DNA of 64,000 nucleotides. Source: a virus. Its lineage: Duplodnaviria; Caudoviricetes. Of the stretch, positions 10,301 to 20,422 are shown piece after piece (positions within the stretch are counted from its first letter, which is position 1; every line of letters begins with the position of its first letter). The position numbers and the translations under genes are program-made. Below the pieces are notes generated by a model. The model searched no databases. It was not told the DNA's origin and was given only the letters and a program-made list of their open reading frames with translations. The stretch is taken from the IMG/VR virus record IMGVR_UViG_3300001528_000259, positions 64,001 through 128,000 of that record. One strand, 5' to 3'.

Positions 10301-11410
10301 TAAATCCTGCTCCATCCAATCAAGATTATGATAAAAGCTTAAATCCATAATTTCATTGCGTCCAAGATTAACTTCTCGTATATCAAGATCATCCGATCCC
10401 GTTACTACAAGTTTTGTTTTAATATTATCACTAGAATAATTTACTTTAATCTCCGAAGCAAGATTATCCTTACTAATAAACACATCTGTTACAAATCTTG
10501 TATTTGCTTCGTTTTCTATGTCTGAATCATCTTCAAGTTCTTCATAGAATGAAACAGTTCCGTCAAGAGAGTCCCATATAGCGACACAATTAAACGTATC
10601 ACAAAGATTGTTCTGAACAAAATCATAAACACTAATTCTATCTTCACTCAATGTCCGTTCTTTACGCCACAATGATTGATCAACATTCCCAATTTTCCAC
10701 TCAGGGATGTTTTCAAAAATTAAGTGTAAAAGAGATAATTCTTTTTTATTAGGATTATAAAACTGTACATTAGGAAACTTTTTCATGTAAAGTTTTTCAT
10801 GTGACTGGGAATCGGGATTATTATTTGCTTTAATTAATTCTGCATATTCAGTCGCATCATTAATTTGTCTTTGCTCATATGTATATGAATCCGCATCAGA
10901 ATACACTTGTTGATAATAACTTTCATAAGGGTCGAAATCCCCAGATGCAAGTTTGTAAAATGAATCTTTATCAGTATTATAATCAATACCATATTGAGAT
11001 TCATTATATAGAACCTCTTTCGAATCTATTTCACCAGTATTGATATGCCAATTTGTTAAATACTTATTAGATACTGAATACTCTATAGAAAATGCAGACA
11101 CAGACTTGATATCGCCATCACTCGATGTGTCATCTATATCTTGTAATGAAAAATACCCATAGCCTTCCAACAATATATTTCTTGGTGCTTCAACTTTATC
11201 GTATAAAGGATGTATTTTTGTTTCACCTGTTAGTGCATCAACATAGGTATGTTGTATTTCAAACGAAAATTCACTATATGAATTCCATTTCGCATTTAAT
11301 CTTCTATTAGTAGCCTGTAATTCTCCAATCACTTTTCGTCCTGTTGTGCACAAAAACACACGAGAAGGTATAGGGTTATCGAAATAATCACGAGAAATAT
11401 TAAGTTTCAT
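7349..11410 (-). CDS. baseplate hub / Tal-like tail protein (SPbeta YomG-like)
   Basis: 1353 aa immediately after Dit; FQLGNFIRV..RLLEVD..FSCTFGN and AIINNSLVATNDSW..KAAFG motifs. Confidence 0.7.
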   Translation of the reverse strand: MKLNISRDYFDNPIPSRVFLCTTGRKVIGELQATNRRLNAKWNSYSEFSFEIQHTYVDALTGETKIHPLYDKVEAPRNILLEGYGYFSLQDIDDTSSDGDIKSVSAFSIEYSVSNKYLTNWHINTGEIDSKEVLYNESQYGIDYNTDKDSFYKLASGDFDPYESYYQQVYSDADSYTYEQRQINDATEYAELIKANNNPDSQSHEKLYMKKFPNVQFYNPNKKELSLLHLIFENIPEWKIGNVDQSLWRKERTLSEDRISVYDFVQNNLCDTFNCVAIWDSLDGTVSFYEELEDDSDIENEANTRFVTDVFISKDNLASEIKVNYSSDNIKTKLVVTGSDDLDIREVNLGRNEIMDLSFYHNLDWMEQDLFDAYSDYLEALTEAETGLDKDGYQSQIYPMAYSNAMKGWVSANNRYNDLMNAVPAEGNVVLVGDEFKKLYCTFSPINTAYCTITIGKGTEYVETGNLYLDEAHLEPIPTPKDADMYVVQGALLIYQKTNEKFKVDMEWDAKKFALIKKLNQYHVDVDTEASKQDNILLKLKNSSSDVVTIRIYDKRKEATEYDERLQYYTKDKKGKYSEKNITFKDATDFNAQKTEFAKDGTTIWANDYYIYSVVVKASSGVSEAPDEYPILDWIKGNLTAQKMNLKGYKVTYIGTMGAYFVLAKDETIPENLQDYGVRLLEEKHKIYTTIFQTQTEAMFSKEKAQCIVQDEEPDGDYKEGTRWLDTNSNPVALKEYNGTSWVTISATVSESDQMDYENYQRYIDNYEKLVSVQSVLSIKEREAEYYSDGYLVPDRTIDISLYQEGSDGNLRYNGQLLEADLYRAAEAHFGKGYTITRVSINQKLPLYTFTTSFDPIVYGKNVKDFNVVEKYYIKTNTETYTPINILSEEEFLTYDGTTDSKTLYVVTSGHIFAVYLKNTTPYVSYANSQGVYQMIMEYIRDKTEMNKFFTTDQWIRLSPFIKEDEFNDSNFLLTGYESEEERIKICQELLESANKELKTLCKPSLEFSMTMANILAFPEFKPLFDQFQLGNFIRVGVRDGYVKRSRLLEVDMNFDDLSDFSCTFGNLITTKSEVDKHADLLKTAVTAGKQVAKSSGSWQKAVDKTNKLEEDISNGLKDMALAVGSASGQAISWDSTGMHFRKYRDGSTTEFEPEEMAIINNSLVATNDSWRTSKAAFGKYKINGEERWGPIAEYVTADTLEGKLIKGGSIEIGSGDTKFVVNEDGSVEIKSDGKNYVDAIKVIDNAYRFQVVLEYTGLTVFSDIESDFCQITCKVYDYNKTTDKDITAQVIANGGTFTWKRALSGGSTWAPTLVDGKPNIILVKHGDVDRNAQFSCSVNFDETKFNIEGGAS

Positions 11411-11428
11411 AATTACTTCACCATCCTA

Positions 11429-12841
11429 TTAATATTCGCCTATTTTGCGAGCTTCTCGCCATTCTAAAATTACCTCGCAATTACCTTCAATCGTAATTTC
11501 ATTTTTTCCATCATACAATTCAAGCCAATTCCACGAAAAATCATCTCCGAATATTCTTCTAACACTTGAGCTCGATATAATTTTATTTGCTCCATCTAAA
11601 ATTACTTTTTCAGTCGGAGTATTATTCTTAACAACCATAGCTACTGTATTAGATGGATTATTAAATAAATCATAATGTTGATTTATAATCTTCACACTAG
11701 TCGTCTGTAAATTAGGATTTGTACTTTGAGAATGAAAACTATATGGGTCTATCCAATAATACATACTATCACCGCTATAATAATAAAATGTATTATTTTC
11801 ATAAGTATCTTGTTCTGTATATGCGCGACTTACTTCAACTGTACTCCATCCATCATAACTGGGCTTAGTAGATGCGGAGCGCCACACTGGTTCAGGGGTT
11901 TTCCAATAGTAAGTATTCTTTACATCGTTGTAATACACAGTATTTTCTACATAGTCTGTCATATCTACAAGATTATTAAACGTAACATGAGGCAACAACG
12001 GAACAACTGTGTGTGGAACAGATGTTGAGGTTGGACTGTAACCATGATTAATAGTAATTCTCGGATATACAGGTTGGTTATCATCTGTATCTATATTAAT
12101 TGTAATTTTATTATTATATATTCTTTTTGTTTTAGTACCATTATATGTTAAATTGAACACAGTATCATTTACTCTGTAAGAACCATCGTCATTAACAGCT
12201 GATATTACACCATAAAATGAAATTGGTGCGTCTATAATTGTATTAGTTATTTCGTTAGGCACAGAGTAAATTTCCGTCCCAACTTTTATCTCCTGTACGT
12301 CTGTAAATAAATATTGCGGGGCAACAGTCCCACTAACTGTTGTTGACGTCCAGTAATACGCCGTGGTATTAATCTGAGTTGTAACATTTTGGGTACGAGT
12401 ATACAGATCCGAGAGAGCAAAAGGCATACAGGATTCAAAAGTACATTGAAAACCAATTACGCGCCCGTTACTAATCTTATACGAGTCACAAGAAATAAAT
12501 GCTCCTAAAATTGTATATGATGCCACATTTGAATCGTCATGATAAATATTAATAAATGACGGTGTATCTTTAGATGTAATCCATTTAAGAATTTGCCTTT
12601 GGCGATCCATAGTAAATTCACCAAAATTTTTGTCTATAAATGTTATAACTGGAGCGAATGATTCTGTATATTTATAATTTGATACATGTTTAATTGTACC
12701 CCTATATGTTTCCGAAGCCACCGCCTCACGAGATAAAAAACTTGATGTTGCACCAGAATCTGAATCAAAAGCAACATCGCAGATAAGATCAAAATCCTCA
12801 CTACTAAACGTATTATACGTTACACGATAAGGTGATATCAT
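11429..12841 (-). CDS. distal tail protein (Dit) with central insertion
   Basis: Follows tape measure; F.S..FDL N-terminus and FSWNWLELYDGKNEITIEGNC C-terminus typical of Dit. Confidence 0.75.
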   Translation of the reverse strand: MISPYRVTYNTFSSEDFDLICDVAFDSDSGATSSFLSREAVASETYRGTIKHVSNYKYTESFAPVITFIDKNFGEFTMDRQRQILKWITSKDTPSFINIYHDDSNVASYTILGAFISCDSYKISNGRVIGFQCTFESCMPFALSDLYTRTQNVTTQINTTAYYWTSTTVSGTVAPQYLFTDVQEIKVGTEIYSVPNEITNTIIDAPISFYGVISAVNDDGSYRVNDTVFNLTYNGTKTKRIYNNKITINIDTDDNQPVYPRITINHGYSPTSTSVPHTVVPLLPHVTFNNLVDMTDYVENTVYYNDVKNTYYWKTPEPVWRSASTKPSYDGWSTVEVSRAYTEQDTYENNTFYYYSGDSMYYWIDPYSFHSQSTNPNLQTTSVKIINQHYDLFNNPSNTVAMVVKNNTPTEKVILDGANKIISSSSVRRIFGDDFSWNWLELYDGKNEITIEGNCEVILEWREARKIGEY

Positions 12842-12906
12842 TTTTTAGATCATCTCCTTTAACTACTTCAATATTATTTTCAATCATTTTATTCTCTTTT
12901 AGTTAT

Positions 12907-12939
12907 GACAAAGAAGGAGTGTAAGGCTCCTTCTTTGTC
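12907..12939. terminator. 13-bp hairpin after tape measure gene (no U-tract on the coding strand)
   Basis: GACAAAGAAGGAG-N7-CTCCTTCTTTGTC. Confidence 0.55.
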
Positions 12940-12948
12940 TAGTTTCTT

Positions 12949-14331
12949 TTATCTGCTAAACTTTTTAATAGAGTAATTAAGCTGTTTAGCAAATGTATCA
13001 ATTTTCTTATCCATCATCGCTTCAAGTTGAGGCAAAGTATCTTTATCAACACGATCAACTCTTAGGAAATTCTCTACATCAACCGTAAACTGAGGTTTAC
13101 TAACAGCATTATTAATCATGTTAATATTTGCTCCAAATTTATTCGTGTTCATCAAACCATCAACTCCAATTTGACCGAGTTCCATCAATTCCTCTGTAAG
13201 ATCGGCAGGAACAACACCCGTGCCCTTACGCATGAAGGAAAGTGTTCCACCTTTGCCCGGAACGAGAACAAGTTCGTCTCCGAATTGAGGTTCGTCTGTA
13301 ATCGCAAATTCGTCACGCTTTGTGCCAGTTGTACCTTTAGCATATTGTCTAATTGCCATTGGGCCACTAACATATTGTCCCCACATTACTCGCTTAAACC
13401 TACGTTCATCATCACGTGTGTTTGCCACTTGTTTATATTGTGGAGAATATTTAATTTGATAATCTTTAAGAAGTTGCTCAAACTTACTTAAACTAATTGG
13501 ACCATATCCAAGAGCTAATACTTGATCCGAAGTAAGCTTATATTTTTTGTTTATGTCATCACCAGTAGGTGGTACATAAACAGAAGTAGGAGGAGGAGAT
13601 TGTGTACTGCCTCCGCCTGAACCAGATCCTGAGCCCGAGAGTTTAGCGCTTGCTGCTCTCGCTTCTGTGTCTTGTATTTGCTTATACAAATTGGACAGTG
13701 CAGTAGATGCAGTTTGCACATTGGAATTAATGTTAGAAACAACTCTATCCATTGCAGTAGCAACGCTGGATTTGAACGCATTAGCTGCATTCGTTCCTGC
13801 GCTCCAAGGAGACGTTAGGTTTGTTGTACCGTTTGCATTGAACTGAGCAAAGAAACCCCCTTCTCTCGTCCATTGGTTCATAAGATCGAGAGCATTGCCA
13901 GAATAATTACCAACTGCTTCTTTAGCTTTTATCCAAGGATTTGTAAGTTCAGCAGTTAATGGCAGATTTGTTTCTTCATACTTAGCAAGTATCGTATCGG
14001 CATTATACATAACCATTGAAGTGACGCCCATAAGAAACTCATCCATTTTTGCAGTGGCTTCTTCGAGACTTATGCGAAGTCCTTCAATAAATTTGTTCAT
14101 GCTTTCTTCATAAGCTTGTGCTTCAGAATCTAAAGCTTCGTTTTGGGCATTTTTTGCGTGGTCGTAGTAAGTATCGTTGAGTGACTCACGTGATTCATAT
14201 AACTGAGCTTCAAGTTTACGACGTTCTGCAATATCTGCTTTATTTGTAGAACCAGACAAACTTGCGATACGACGCTCAATTTCAGCAATATCTTTTGCTT
14301 GTTTTTGTACATTCTTTTTAAAATCATATAA
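12949..14331 (-). CDS. tape measure protein, exon 3
   Basis: Frame is open upstream of the annotated TTG to LYDFKKNVQKQAKDIAEIERRIASLSG; joins exon 2 as AERD|LYDF; contains QYAKGT..AITDE..G.ELV typical of TMP C-termini. Confidence 0.85.
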   Translation of the reverse strand, partial: LYDFKKNVQKQAKDIAEIERRIASLSGSTNKADIAERRKLEAQLYESRESLNDTYYDHAKNAQNEALDSEAQAYEESMNKFIEGLRISLEEATAKMDEFLMGVTSMVMYNADTILAKYEETNLPLTAELTNPWIKAKEAVGNYSGNALDLMNQWTREGGFFAQFNANGTTNLTSPWSAGTNAANAFKSSVATAMDRVVSNINSNVQTASTALSNLYKQIQDTEARAASAKLSGSGSGSGGGSTQSPPPTSVYVPPTGDDINKKYKLTSDQVLALGYGPISLSKFEQLLKDYQIKYSPQYKQVANTRDDERRFKRVMWGQYVSGPMAIRQYAKGTTGTKRDEFAITDEPQFGDELVLVPGKGGTLSFMRKGTGVVPADLTEELMELGQIGVDGLMNTNKFGANINMINNAVSKPQFTVDVENFLRVDRVDKDTLPQLEAMMDKKIDTFAKQLNYSIKKFSR

Positions 14332-14348
14332 CCATTATGTTACTATAT

Positions 14349-15260
14349 TCAATGAATAAAACTATGTAATTTTTCTCCTATATTTTCATTATACTTAATA
14401 CGAAGTAATAAAATATTATTTTGTTGACAGTAATCTGTTTTAATTTGATCATGGAATTGTCTAATTTTTAATCCTTTTTCTCCGCCAAAATGGTCTATCG
14501 CCTTAAAATGTTGCTCTCCATCATACTCAATGCAAATATTCAATACTGGTAGATAAAAATCAAATGGAAGCATACGCTTATCCTTACAATCATTAAATGT
14601 ATACTGCGGAATATAAGCAATATTGTTGATATTTAAATAATTGCCAATACTTTTTTCTCCGTGTGATTCATTGCATTTAGGACAGCCCTTTCCTGCTAAT
14701 ATATTTCCAGGTTTCACTTTCCATTCATGTCCACATATTTTGCATTTATGTTTTATCTTAATTTCAGTACTAACATATTCTTCAAGCGCAATGATGTTAG
14801 GATTTATATTAAACAATTTGGTAACGTACTCATTATGATTCGTACCATTTTTATTACTAATTTTTTCTTTAAGACACTCATAGCATCCACAACCTTTTAA
14901 TATATTAGTAGGCAACGCATCCCATATTACATTATGGATTAAACACCTGTGTAAAATTTTAGTTTTTACACCAACATATTCTCCCACGACTTCAATATTT
15001 GGATTTTTTAATTTTACCTCTTCAATATATTTCTCTTGTGTTTTTGTATTTGATGTTTTAAATTTTTCAATTCTACACTTTTTACATCCATGACCGTCTA
15101 ACACACGACTTGGCTTTGTTTCCCAAATCACATTGTGAATAAGACAACGATGCATAATATTTGTATTTGCATCAATATATTTTCCGATTACTTCCACATA
15201 TGGATTCTTTACTTTAAGCTCATTTACATATTCTTCATGTGTCTTTTTCTTACTCATCAT
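14349..15260 (-). CDS. intron-encoded homing endonuclease (Vsr/EDxHD-like, three Zn-binding repeats)
   Basis: Three KT.E.Y..E....NP.IE..G.Y....I.H.C..(H/C)...W...P...L.G.GC..C repeats; LPFDFYLP..NICIEYDGEQH..HD core. Confidence 0.85.
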   Translation of the reverse strand: MMSKKKTHEEYVNELKVKNPYVEVIGKYIDANTNIMHRCLIHNVIWETKPSRVLDGHGCKKCRIEKFKTSNTKTQEKYIEEVKLKNPNIEVVGEYVGVKTKILHRCLIHNVIWDALPTNILKGCGCYECLKEKISNKNGTNHNEYVTKLFNINPNIIALEEYVSTEIKIKHKCKICGHEWKVKPGNILAGKGCPKCNESHGEKSIGNYLNINNIAYIPQYTFNDCKDKRMLPFDFYLPVLNICIEYDGEQHFKAIDHFGGEKGLKIRQFHDQIKTDYCQQNNILLLRIKYNENIGEKLHSFIH

Positions 15261-15480
15261 ACCTCACCTCCAATCATTTTGTATTATTGAGTTTTATTCA
15301 TTTAGGTTCGTTAGACCTTATAGACTTGTTATAAACAAATTTTCTCTGGCTTTCACCAAAGTGCAGACCATCTCATTTACCATAATCATTTTGTGTAGTA
15401 ATGATTTTAGGTACCCTCCATTTCGGGATACTTACCCCTAATCCTATTTCAAGGAATGGCCGTTGAACCTTATTTGTAAT

Positions 15481-15509
15481 ATTATATCATAATCATTTTG
15501 TCGTGCCAA
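15481..15509 (-). promoter_or_regulatory. sigmaA-like promoter TTGGCA-N17-TATAAT (TG-extended) inside the P6 loop of intron 2
   Basis: Minus strand ttggca cgacaaaatgattatga tataat; spacer contains the recurrent CAAAATGATT motif. Confidence 0.55.
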
Positions 15510-15696
15510 TTAACAAAATAAATAAAAAATATTACAAATCTTGGCTGCTGATTATCCAATTTTCACAATTTTTAAACATTCACGCTCATTATTGCTAATC
15601 ACGTTGTAGTTTGTGAAACTCTAAGGAAGTCCCAGCAATTAAAAGGGATACACTATAAACTTTCGTATTATAGCGGACTAAGTAAGTTAAAACTTA

Positions 15697-18600
15697 ATCT
15701 CTTTCGGCTGAAAGTGCCTCTTTTACGCTATCTATATAATCATTATAGCCATCGACCAGCGTATCAATATATTTTTCTACTGCATCAATACTACTTTCGT
15801 ACATGTCAACAATAGATTGCTCAGTATCGCTGATTGATTTTGCATAATCATACTGTTGATCTTGCAACTCAGAAACCTTATCATAATACTCTTGCTCTGA
15901 ATGTATACCAAGGCTTTCATAATAAGATTTGGTGTTCTTCGAGTATGCCTTATTATATTTATTCAGTTCTTTTTCAGTATCTTCTAAACCTTGTTTGTAT
16001 AGTTCGAGTTCTTGAATATATGCACCTAAGGCTGCAACTCCAGACTCAGTCCAGTTACCCTCGTCATCAAACCAATCTTTTTCGCCGTTTGGTGCAATAA
16101 GATCACGAATAGTACTAAGTTTGTTTGTGAGATTATCAAGACGATTGTTAAACTCCTCGAACTTATAGGTGTTGATTTCGCCAATGGCATCTTGGAGATC
16201 AACAATTGATGCAGTTACATCATCCAATTCTCCTTCTATGTCGTTTAAAATATTCGCTGCTTCCCACCATTCGTCAGAGCCTTCTTTAACCGTTTTAAGA
16301 TATGCTAGCGCGGCTGCCTTTTGTTGCTCAAGCAACGACTTACGTTGATTCTCCAATTTGATTTGTTCTTGGTAATACTTTGCATCGGCTTTTTGACCTT
16401 TTTTCTCAAGCAAGTCAATTTCGTTTTGAACCTGTTCGTATTTAGCTTGGTTAGCCGCAATACGATTTTTCCAGTAGTCCATTTCTTTTTTAAAGCGGTC
16501 ATCTTCAACTTCTTCTTTATCAGTTTTACTACCCGGATCAAGAATATTATTGAATGCCGAAGATAGATTACTTTTAACGGAATCAATTAAACCAACGGTG
16601 TTTTGGAAATTTGTTAATACTTGTTGCCATTCTTCGTCACTAACAAATTCATTGTTCTGCGCTCCTTTTAGAGCCGAATTAAATGCAGCAACCGATCCTG
16701 CTGCAACAATGGCATCTTTCGCGACTGTACTAAGAGTTCCAGAATACGTTCCAAGCTCAATCGATGCTTGATTTGCTGCAACAGCACTGTTACTAACTTC
16801 TATGGCTTTTTTACGTTCTGCTAATACATTTAACTGTGTAATCGCTGTCTGAACAGCAGTTGCCTTGGCATCATCGAGTTTTGTGTTAAGCATCTTTTCA
16901 AGAGCACTTTGGTTGATGGTTAATTGACCACCTTCCATTTGAAGAACAGAAAGATATTCTGGAGATAGATTCAACAGCACTTGCAGGTTATCTAGAGATA
17001 AATACCCCTGTTTATTGTATTCGGTAGTAATAGCCTTAAGGCTGGAATATGCGCTCTGAATTTTGTCAACACTAGCATCAAACTCTTGTAAGTTAAGTTT
17101 GAGTTTTACTTCTGGAGATTGAGAATTAAGTTCATCTTCAATGCGTTTTAACTCACTCTCCGCATTAGTGATCTTTGTTTGTATTTCAATAGGGGTATCC
17201 GCTTTTAATTTTCCATTTTCATCGAAATACTGTTTATATTCTTCAACATAAGCATCATAAGCCGCTTTTGCTTGTCTATATGCCTCTGTCTCTATCTTAT
17301 CATCGCCGTTTGAATAAAATTTTCCATCATATTCCCAATAGTCGATACCTTCTATATTATGATATTTACCTATATCAGAAACCTTCATTAGTTTTGACTT
17401 GTGTCGTTCCAGATCCTCTTTTAAAGCATTATATCCTTTTTGACCGTTTTTACCATTAAGAAACTCATTATATTTATTTTGTTCTTCTTCCGCTTCCGTT
17501 ACGGCATCTTGCGCCTTCTTTTCTTCATATAACGCCTTAACAACTTCATCAATCGCATCTTTCTCTAAACCATATTTTTCGGCAATTTTATTAACTTGAT
17601 CAACTGCATCGCCATGAGAACGATACATTCCGTTAAAATACGCATCGAGATTAACATTATCGAGAATTTCTTGTTCAAGATTTTTCTTTAATAATTCTTC
17701 AACATATTCTCGTGCGTTTTCTACGCCAAGATTTTGCAATTGAATTATATACGTCCACTTATTTTCTGGCTTCAATTCATTATTAGCAAGTGCCCAATCA
17801 AGATAAGTCTTAACGAATTCTTCGGTGGCTTTTGTCATTTCCTCGACAGAAGATACACCAGAGAACACGGCGTTAGAATATTTAATCCATGCATTTGCTC
17901 CGTCTTCTGTTGCGTTGAAATTCTGAAAATGTTCATAAAGATCCGCAACCGTTTTAGACGTAACAGAGCCACGCTCGATAATTTCATCAAACGCTGTCTT
18001 TAATTTTTCAACGCCATCAGTGATTTTATTGATATCCTTTGCAACATCAAGAAGCCCAACATCTTTAAATTCAGTTTCTGCTCTTGTAACATTTTTAAAA
18101 TAGTCTTCTGCCTCATAAAGATACAATCCCATTTCACGAAGGCGAGCAACTTCTTCATCAGATAAAATTCTATTAAGCGTAAAACCATCCAGAGATGCAA
18201 AGGCTTCAGCAATCTTAGTTTCGTCGCCAGTTTCTTTGGCTTTTTTGATCTCGTCTTTTATTGCTTCTATTTGAGACTTAGCCTTAGCAAACCCATCTGT
18301 CGCTTCATCGCCAAATATACGAGCAAAAGCATTCGATTTGGCGTTGGCTCCTCCAGATTGGATTGCCCATGTGTCCATCTTATCTGCCCATTCAATGTAC
18401 TCCTTCTTTTGCTCTGTAGTCGCCGTGTCCCAATTTTGTTTAATTTGAGAATAATAAGAATCCATTTCTGACATATAACTTGCCATATTGGATTGATAAC
18501 TATTTAGAGCTTTTTGTGCTTCCTCAAATTTTTTCTTATTTTTATCCGAAGCATCCTTCGTATATTTTTCACGTGCCGCATTAAACTCGTTTTGGAGCTT

Positions 18601-20422
18601 TGTATATTGCTCCTTCATATTGTCGAGGGATTCTCCTACTTTCTCCTCGGATGCAGACTGTATTCCACCAACCACAGCACCAACAATACCACCAACTATT
18701 GCTCCAATTGCTGCGCCAATCAACATACCAATCGGACCAGCGAACGAACCCGCTGTAGTCCCAGCGGCTAAAAATCCACCCGCAGCAGTAGCCCCAGTTG
18801 CAGCTAAAACAGAACTTCCGACACCGGTTGCAACGCCAACGCCTGCTCCAATTGCCGCACCAGAACCAGCCTTTTCTCCAACATTCTCACCCGTTGTCTT
18901 ACCCGTTTTAACGCCAGTTTTCGCATACTTATTTGCAGTGTTAATTGCACTATCGTTAACTTCATACTGCTGTTGTTCTTTTATTGTATTTAAAAGATCG
19001 ATTTGTCTTTGAAGCTCTGCACTTTGTGCTTGTAACCGAGTAAGCTCTTCTTGGTCTGTAAATGTCAGAGGAGTGTTTTTGTTAATATCATTAATTTGAT
19101 TTTTAATATCATTGAGTTGCGACTCAAGTGTGCTCAATTCAGATTCTGTCTTAGACAACTCAGACTTTAGTTCATCAAATGACTCCTTTGCTTCTTCTAC
19201 TGTTTCATATGCTTTATCAAAAAGATCACCAATAATTTGTAATACCTTAGATATTGCATACATAACAAGCATCGATGCAACAGCAGACTGAATTTTTTGA
19301 GATAATTGCTCCGCACCATTCGCCAATGACTTAAATGCACCAGACCCAGTTTTTTTAAGATCTGCCTGTTTTTTATTTAATGTATCAACATTTACCTGTG
19401 CACGCTTAAGTCCATCTTGATATTTATACAGTTTCTTCGGATCTGTTCCTTGGTAATTATCAAGATTTGCCTGAGCGCGAGCAAGATTTTGCTGTGCTTG
19501 CGTGGAAGCTTCTTCTACGGCTCGTAATTCTTTTTTATAATCTTTTATTTTTTGAATTTCTGTGCCAAAATAACCCTTGGATGAGTCTGTTTGTTTAAAT
19601 CCTTCTTTTTGTAATTTCTTATATGTTTCAAGACTTTCTTCTGCCTCTTTTAATGCTTTCTTACTTGACTTACCACCGCCGTCGTCAATATATGCCTGTT
19701 TTGCATCACGAACGCTTTGTTCTAACTCTTCTAGTTTAGATGTTGTAGATTGAATATCTTTATTAATGCTTTTACCAAAAATACGGTTTGCGCCCTTTAA
19801 TGTTAAACCAGAGAATATTTTAGAAAAATTAAGACCACCAAACTTTGTTGAAACATATGTAAACAAACCAGCAAGTGCTAATTGTAATAGTCCTACATTC
19901 TCAACAATCTTAATAATTTCAGTCCCAAGACTTACAACCCATTTAACAACGCCACTATTGAGTGCATTATTCCACATAGTTCGAACGGAATTGTTAAATA
20001 AGTCAATACGCCCCTGAATTGAATCGAGGTATTTCTCATTTTCCTTGAGTGCAGAACCTGAAGCGTTTGCTGATGCTTCAATTGCTTGTTCGGCAGTATC
20101 GAAATTAGAAATGATTGAAGCTAAAATATTAGCCTGACGTTTTCCACCCATGAGTTCCATAGCAGATGCCTTTTCGATATCTGTCATGTACTTAAATGCT
20201 TCTGACATTTCACGTAATATCTGTGTTGTATTTTTAAAGGTATTTGCATCTAACATGATGTCAACACGACCACCTGTTAGTGCTAATAATTTCGCTTGAA
20301 GTGCCGACGTGGTTGTAGCCATATCGGACACATCCTCTCCCATCTCGGAGAGTTCGGTTTTAGAACCCCTTAACCTAAGAGTCAGTGTTTTCAGCGCAGT
20401 TCCTACGCTTTCTGGGTCTTGT
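15697..20422 (-). CDS. tape measure protein, exon 2
   Basis: Frame is open upstream of annotated Met to QDPESVGTALKTLTLRLRG; GGKRQANI, SANASGSALKENEKYLDSIQG; Gly/Ala TM zipper; coiled coils. Confidence 0.9.

Larger units (their letters stand above)
14332..15696 (-). mobile_element. group I intron 2 (IA-like, 1365 nt) in tape measure gene, endonuclease ORF in the P9 region
   Basis: Exon ends GAU, intron ends G. P1 GAU|UAAG pairs with CUUAGUC giving U.G at the splice site. P AAUUGCUGGGA, Q AAUCAGCAGCC, R UUCAACGGCCA, S GAGAUGGUCU; P7.1/P7.2 hairpins present. Confidence 0.9.

Noticed and set aside
12920-12926. CCUUAC loop in the post-TMP hairpin, same as in the 1464-1560 leader
   Set aside because: A six-base match with no nearby GUAAGG partner; likely coincidence
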